Of a DNA stretch of 21,790 bases, positions 17,030 to 21,790 are shown one piece after another; positions within the stretch are counted from its first letter, which is position 1, and every line of letters starts with the position of its first letter. The notes beneath the pieces were generated by a model that saw nothing but the letters and a program-made list of their open reading frames with translations, did no database searches and was not told the DNA's origin. The stretch comes from Chlamydiales bacterium (GTDB lineage Bacteria > Chlamydiota > Chlamydiia > Chlamydiales > JBDQID01). The DNA is taken from NCBI GenBank assembly GCA_047611865.1, contig JBLFWS010000043.1:1-21790 (forward strand). The letters run 5' to 3'. Both the position numbers and the translations under genes were made by a program.

Positions 17030-18520
17030 TTATCTATATTTTCTTCTCTGAGAGGCATTTCCAATATTGAGCTCCCTACGGTATTTGGCTACCGTTCTTC
17101 GAGCGCAGGGAATCCCTTTCTTTTTTATCAAAGCTGAAATGGTCTCATCAGAATAAGGTTTATTTTTGTCTTCTTTCCCGATTACATCTTTCAAATAGTC
17201 TTTGACAGTTCTAGAAGAAATCTCTCCCTCATCTGTAACGTATGCGTTAGTAAAAAACGAACGCAGGGGGAGTAAACCTCTTGGACAATCTACGTATTTA
17301 TTAGACACTGCTCTAGCTACAGTTGACTCATGTAGATCAAGTTCTTCTGCAACAGTCTTCATTGTAAGGGGCAATAAGTTTCCCTTGTTATCCAGGAAAA
17401 AGTTTTTCTGACGTTTCACTAAATACTCGGTAATCTTCAAAAGAGTATCGTTTCGCTGATGAATATTGCGTAACAACCACTTTCCTGAAGCCACTTTATT
17501 ACGGATATACTCTTTTGTTTCCTCAGCTAGGTCATTGTCACCTAGCATTTTAAGATACTTTGAGTTGAGTTTCAGAAAGGGTAGGGTTTCTCCATCAATG
17601 CTCACTAGGAGCTTACCATTCTCTCTGCTAACGATTACATCCGCCGTAACGTGGGGAACAACCTCGTTGGAATACCAGGTACCGGGGTATAAATCCAAAC
17701 GAGCGATCTCTTCGTGCACAGCCTTTTGAATTTCATCAGCTGTCGTAGACAAACTCTTTTTGATCAAAGGAATGCGGTTGTACAGCAAGTCCTCGTAATG
17801 CTTTTCGATGATTTTGTACGCAATGCTATCTTTTTTCCCCTGAAAAGCCAGTTGAATGAGCAATGACTCCCTTACATCAACAGCACCTACTCCGTGAGGT
17901 TCAAATGATTGTATCTCAAGTAATACCTCTTCAACCTTACTTAACTCAGCTTCGTAAAGAAGAGATATCTCCTCTAAGGGCATTTCCAAAAACCCCCGCT
18001 GGTCAAGGTTACCAATGATAGCCTCAGCAAGGTCTAAATCTTCCTGTGATTCCAGGCTTTGCCTAGCCTGTGCCATCAGATGCTCAAAAAGAGAGCTCTG
18101 GGCGCATATGGAACTCTCCATATAGGACTTCAACTTCTCTTCATCAGAAGACCTTTTGGTATGGCCCCCTCCACTTTCAGCAAAGTGATCTCCAAATTCC
18201 TCATCAAGCCGCCTCATTATGCCAAAATCCTGATCATCAAAGGTAATTTCTTCCTCTACAGGAAGATCGGCGTCTTGGTTCTCTTCGTGAATCTCACTCT
18301 CAATATCTTGTTGTAAGCTGTCGTCAGGATCTATTTCTTCTCCATACTCTAATACAGGGTTCTGCTCCATCTCTGCTTCAATCATGGTTGTCAATTCCAT
18401 AACTGGCATTTGCAAGAGGTGAATCGCTTGCTGCATTTGTGGGGACATAATAAGGCGTTGCGTCTGCTTGAGGCTCTGGACATTCTTTTGCTGAAGGTTT
18501 AAAGACATGGAATAACTCAT
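17030..18520 (-). CDS. rpoN: RNA polymerase sigma-54 factor
   Basis: Gln/Leu-rich region I (PQMQQAIHLLQ), HESTVARAVSNKY HTH, RpoN box ARRTVAKYR; AAGGAG SD. Confidence 0.97.
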   Translation of the reverse strand: MSYSMSLNLQQKNVQSLKQTQRLIMSPQMQQAIHLLQMPVMELTTMIEAEMEQNPVLEYGEEIDPDDSLQQDIESEIHEENQDADLPVEEEITFDDQDFGIMRRLDEEFGDHFAESGGGHTKRSSDEEKLKSYMESSICAQSSLFEHLMAQARQSLESQEDLDLAEAIIGNLDQRGFLEMPLEEISLLYEAELSKVEEVLLEIQSFEPHGVGAVDVRESLLIQLAFQGKKDSIAYKIIEKHYEDLLYNRIPLIKKSLSTTADEIQKAVHEEIARLDLYPGTWYSNEVVPHVTADVIVSRENGKLLVSIDGETLPFLKLNSKYLKMLGDNDLAEETKEYIRNKVASGKWLLRNIHQRNDTLLKITEYLVKRQKNFFLDNKGNLLPLTMKTVAEELDLHESTVARAVSNKYVDCPRGLLPLRSFFTNAYVTDEGEISSRTVKDYLKDVIGKEDKNKPYSDETISALIKKKGIPCARRTVAKYRRELNIGNASQRRKYR

Positions 18521-18629
18521 GATTCTCTCCTTCGTTTATTGGCCGAACGCTTCGCCCATATATTGCTGAGTGTACGGATTTATGCAAAAAATAAAAGAAT
18601 TATTTTACAGAAAATGCCCTGAGGAAGCC

Positions 18630-20582
18630 CTACCAATTAGAACCAAAACGACTTGAGGATACGTTAGCTTCCCTCTCAATATACTCTTCGGGGATTTCAC
18701 GTAAAAATCGACTTTGACGCATAATGCGTTGTTCTTGCCAGATATAGCGTGTTTTTGCTGATGTCATGTAAAGATATTCTTTAGCTCTTGTCATTCCCAC
18801 ATAACAAAGTCGCCGCTCCTCTTCGAGGGACTCTTGGCTTCCTCTAGAGTTAGCGTGAGGGAATAAGTCCTCTTCCATCCCTACAAGAAACGTCAAGTTA
18901 AATTCTAAACCCTTGCCATTGTGCACTGTCATCATGCTAATCCTATCATCTTCTGAAGTAGACTCATCCAGAGTAGTTCTCAGAGATAGTTCTTCTAGAA
19001 AAGTAGACAATTGTCCCTCTTCGTTATGCTCTTCCCACTCAACAGCTTTCGCTACGAGTTCGTCCAAGTTCGCCCGGCGATCCTCATAAGTCTCTTTATC
19101 CCCACGTAAATAGTCCAGATAACCTGATTGACGTAAAGTTGTTACTACAAGAGAACTAAGACTCTCTTCCTCAGCTACTTTGCGCAAATGCTGGATAACA
19201 TTAACATAGGAAATCAAACCTTCCTTTTGTTTTGCTGAAAAGCGAAAACCGTCAGCTTTAATTTCTCCTTCTGCCAGCTTCACACAATAGTCCAAAATAT
19301 TTAGTTCACTCTTGTCCACTGCCATACGTATTTTATTGATCGTAGTATCTCCTATCCCTCTCTTAGGTAGGTTGATAGTCCGTAAAAATGAAACAAAATC
19401 AGCCCCGGACTGCACCATCCTAAGATAGGCGAGTATATCCTTAATCTCTCGCCTTTGATAAAAGGAAATCCCCCCCACAATAACATAAGGAATACGATTA
19501 TACATTAAAGCATCTTCAAAAACCCTTGACTGAGCGTTTGTTCGATAAAAGATAACTGTTTCGTTATAGGAGTTTCCATTTCCCCGATGATGAGAAATTT
19601 TCCGTACTACAAAGTTTGCCTCGTCCCGGTCCGTATCACCACTATATAATGTGATTTTAGCACCATCACCCAGGTCACTCCAGAGGTTCTTTTCATAACG
19701 ATCGCTGTTACAACGTATTAACTCATTGGCGGCATTCAAAATGTTGGCATGGCTCCGATAGTTCTGCTCCAGCCTGACCACTTTTGCATTAGGGTAATCT
19801 TTTTCAAAAGAAAGAATATTGTGGATATTAGCACCACGCCAAGAATATATAGATTGATCAGGATCCCCCACGACGAAAATGTTCTGGCTTTTCTCCACGA
19901 GCATCCTCGCAATAGAATACTGTGCTTCATTCGTGTCCTGGTACTCATCGATAAGTAGGTAACGCCATAAATTCTGGTAATACTCTAAGACCACTGGGCA
20001 ATCTTTTAAAAGGCGCACCATAACAAAAAGGAGGTCATCAAAATCCAAAGCATTGTATGCCTCCAGTTTACGCTGATACGAAGCATAAATTTCGGGGAAT
20101 AGCTGTTCTTTCTCACTTGTCAGATCGGTAAAATCAATATTGTCTGGTGATTGAAGCTGATTTTTTGCAGTAGATATCTTGTGTTTAAAGTATTTTGGCT
20201 TAATATCTCGGTCCCTAATCCCCGCTTCATTCATACAAACTTTGATAAGCTTCAAAGCATCGTCTTCGTCATAAATGGTGAAATCCTTTCCATAACCTAA
20301 ATGATCCGCACACTGCCTTAAAACTTTTACGCCAAGACTATGAAAAGTACAGATAAGAGGAGCACTTTGCGTCATAGACTGCACCCTTTCCCTCATCTCT
20401 TCCGCTGCCTTATTGGTAAAGGTAACAGCAAGAATCTGGTGAGCAGGAACCCCTTTGTCCAAAAGATTAACGATACGCGTAGTAACAATGCGGGTTTTTC
20501 CCGATCCTGCACCAGCTAAAACGAGTAAAGGCCCATCTATATGTTCAACAGCTGCATTCTGCTCACAGTTCAAATCCACCAT
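18630..20582 (-). CDS. uvrD: ATP-dependent DNA helicase UvrD/PcrA
   Basis: AGAGSGKT, TFTNKAA, DEYQDTN, VGDPDQSIY, LEQNYRS, TVHNGKGLEF and EERRLCYVGMTRA motifs. ATG 20582 follows an AAGGTG SD. Confidence 0.96.
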   Translation of the reverse strand: MVDLNCEQNAAVEHIDGPLLVLAGAGSGKTRIVTTRIVNLLDKGVPAHQILAVTFTNKAAEEMRERVQSMTQSAPLICTFHSLGVKVLRQCADHLGYGKDFTIYDEDDALKLIKVCMNEAGIRDRDIKPKYFKHKISTAKNQLQSPDNIDFTDLTSEKEQLFPEIYASYQRKLEAYNALDFDDLLFVMVRLLKDCPVVLEYYQNLWRYLLIDEYQDTNEAQYSIARMLVEKSQNIFVVGDPDQSIYSWRGANIHNILSFEKDYPNAKVVRLEQNYRSHANILNAANELIRCNSDRYEKNLWSDLGDGAKITLYSGDTDRDEANFVVRKISHHRGNGNSYNETVIFYRTNAQSRVFEDALMYNRIPYVIVGGISFYQRREIKDILAYLRMVQSGADFVSFLRTINLPKRGIGDTTINKIRMAVDKSELNILDYCVKLAEGEIKADGFRFSAKQKEGLISYVNVIQHLRKVAEEESLSSLVVTTLRQSGYLDYLRGDKETYEDRRANLDELVAKAVEWEEHNEEGQLSTFLEELSLRTTLDESTSEDDRISMMTVHNGKGLEFNLTFLVGMEEDLFPHANSRGSQESLEEERRLCYVGMTRAKEYLYMTSAKTRYIWQEQRIMRQSRFLREIPEEYIEREANVSSSRFGSNW

Positions 20583-20760
20583 CTGCACACCTTTTATATT
20601 AGAGGTATTGAAACCCAAGAATTGTACAGTATTATTCATTAAAGCTCAGTAGATAAAAACTTTTCAAACGAGCCCCAGAGAAACTGCTGAGTCCATTTAA
20701 TTATTTAAATTTTAATTATACAACTCTTATACAATCCTCCACAAACTACTAATAACTATA

Positions 20761-20799
20761 TATATGCCGAAGCAATTCCTCAATTTATTTCGGTGTATA
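20761..20799. repeat. Small palindromic remnant sharing TATA with the adjacent element
   Basis: TATATGCCGAAG...TTTCGGTGTATA, an imperfect hairpin with G-U pairs on the + strand. Confidence 0.45.
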
Positions 20800-20959
20800 C
20801 TGTGCGGGGTGCAATTTGATGCCTTTCCACCCAGATATTTTGCTGTCTGGTGCCGTGCGGAGACCGAAGGTAGCCACTTGTGCGCTACTGAGGTCGAGCG
20901 CGGTACCAGGCAGCAAAAGATCGGGTGAGAAGGTATCAAATTGCTCTCCGTGTAGTATA
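20796..20959 (+). repeat. 164-nt palindromic element bounded by TATA, related to 9247-9414
   Basis: Arms 20796-20858 and 20898-20959 differ by 12 substitutions and one bulge; 9 of the 12 are G-U on the + strand. Shares GATATTTTnnnGTCTGGTG and AGGCrGyAAAAGATCGG with the 9247 element. Confidence 0.8.
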
Positions 20960-21076
20960 AACAAAACCTCTGATAAAGAGGATATTTGTTCATCCTGCCA
21001 TCCTGTTTTTAATTTAATAACGTGCTTAATCTGGAAGGCCTGCTTAAGTATCAATACAATTTTTCCACAATATAAT

Positions 21077-21105
21077 TTGACAATATAATATTAAGTTTTT
21101 ACTTT
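21077..21105 (+). promoter_or_regulatory. sigma70/sigma66-type promoter
   Basis: TTGACA (21077-21082)-N17-TACTTT (21100-21105) upstream of ATG 21141. Confidence 0.6.
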
Positions 21106-21140
21106 GTGTCCACCCGGAATACCTTTAGGGAGGAAAACAC

Positions 21141-21790
21141 ATGTCAAGTATTGTTACACGTCACCAGGAACAGCTTTTTGAACTCTCACAAGAACCTAGC
21201 CGCAAGCGAGGAAGAGAGGAAACAGAAGAAAGATACGATGGCCTAAAACTAACTCCTGAAGACATTGCCAAGGCAATGGGGGTACCCCAAGCAGAGAGCG
21301 ATACAGAAGAATATCTGCTAGAGCCAAGCAAGAAAAGGGTTAAACCAAACGAGAGTGAAGAAACTGTGCAACGCTACTCCAGGGTAAGGTCTGGAATGCT
21401 AGAAGCACCCATTGAAATGACCAGAGATAAAGCCATTCAACTCTTAATGCAAGAGCGCAATGAATTCATTAAAGAGCTCATCGAAGATGGTTCCATAGTA
21501 CTTCCTGAAGTCGAAGATGCGGAAATGAGCGAAGCAACAGATGCCAAACTCACAAAAAAGCAAGCTAACAAAATCCTCGATATAGCCACTACAAAATCAC
21601 TAAAACTCTCCCAGCAAGTGAACGATTTTTTCAGCTTGTTCTCCACTTTGGGTCCCAAGCACCGCGCATCAAAAGAAACTATTCTTAACTTTGTTTTTTC
21701 TTACATTGAACAAATGCCCGACAAAGTGACGGAAAATAAGTACATAGAAGCTGCTAATGAACATGCTCAAATACTTTTTGCAGAGAACGA
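21141..21790 (+). CDS. Hypothetical protein, 3'-truncated by the window, with two NLS-like motifs
   Basis: Open from ATG 21141 to the window end (at least 216 codons) with a strong GGGAGG SD. Begins MSSIVTRHQEQLFELSQEPSRKRGREETEE...LLEPSKKRVKPNESEE. Missing from the ORF track because it has no stop in the window. Confidence 0.85.
   Translation, partial: MSSIVTRHQEQLFELSQEPSRKRGREETEERYDGLKLTPEDIAKAMGVPQAESDTEEYLLEPSKKRVKPNESEETVQRYSRVRSGMLEAPIEMTRDKAIQLLMQERNEFIKELIEDGSIVLPEVEDAEMSEATDAKLTKKQANKILDIATTKSLKLSQQVNDFFSLFSTLGPKHRASKETILNFVFSYIEQMPDKVTENKYIEAANEHAQILFAEN

Noticed and set aside
21066..21079. NrdR-box-like CACAATATAATTTG
   Set aside because: Single imperfect box in AT-rich DNA, not upstream of a nucleotide-metabolism gene.
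20727..21088. Three overlapping ~90-aa ORFs
   Set aside because: All span the palindromic element and lack an SD or recognisable motifs.
21437..21658. 73-aa minus-strand ORF, and the other short ORFs nested in long genes
   Set aside because: Antisense or alternate-frame shadows of well-supported coding sequences.

Overview
AT-rich chromosomal window, most likely from an environmental member of the Chlamydiae (inferred from the long two-domain ThyX, tandem tyrP genes, adjacent uvrD-rpoN and chlamydial-type TrpRS and Zn ABC transporter). Gene order: IS903-like MITE; two orphan ORFs with near-consensus sigma70/sigma66 promoters; a divergent Na+/Pi-cotransporter-family gene; LysE; tRNA-Ser(GGA); znuACB-like operon plus SRAP; a minus-strand tyrP-tyrP-trpS operon; thyX; a HExxH membrane protein; rpoN; uvrD/pcrA; and a gene truncated by the window edge. 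The best candidate for an undescribed system is a 37-codon leader ORF absent from the ORF track (13112-13225, minus strand, ...SWDKLWWSWNRNILFI*). It lies just upstream of tyrP-tyrP-trpS and its Trp codons overlap alternative RNA helices, suggesting Trp-sensing attenuation of a scavenging and charging operon. The intergenic regions also hold several palindromic elements: two related ~165-nt hairpins with strand-biased G-U pairing, a 350-bp nested inverted repeat, and IS903-type ends. The last gene carries two NLS-like motifs. All calls are by eye; no searches or folding calculations were run.
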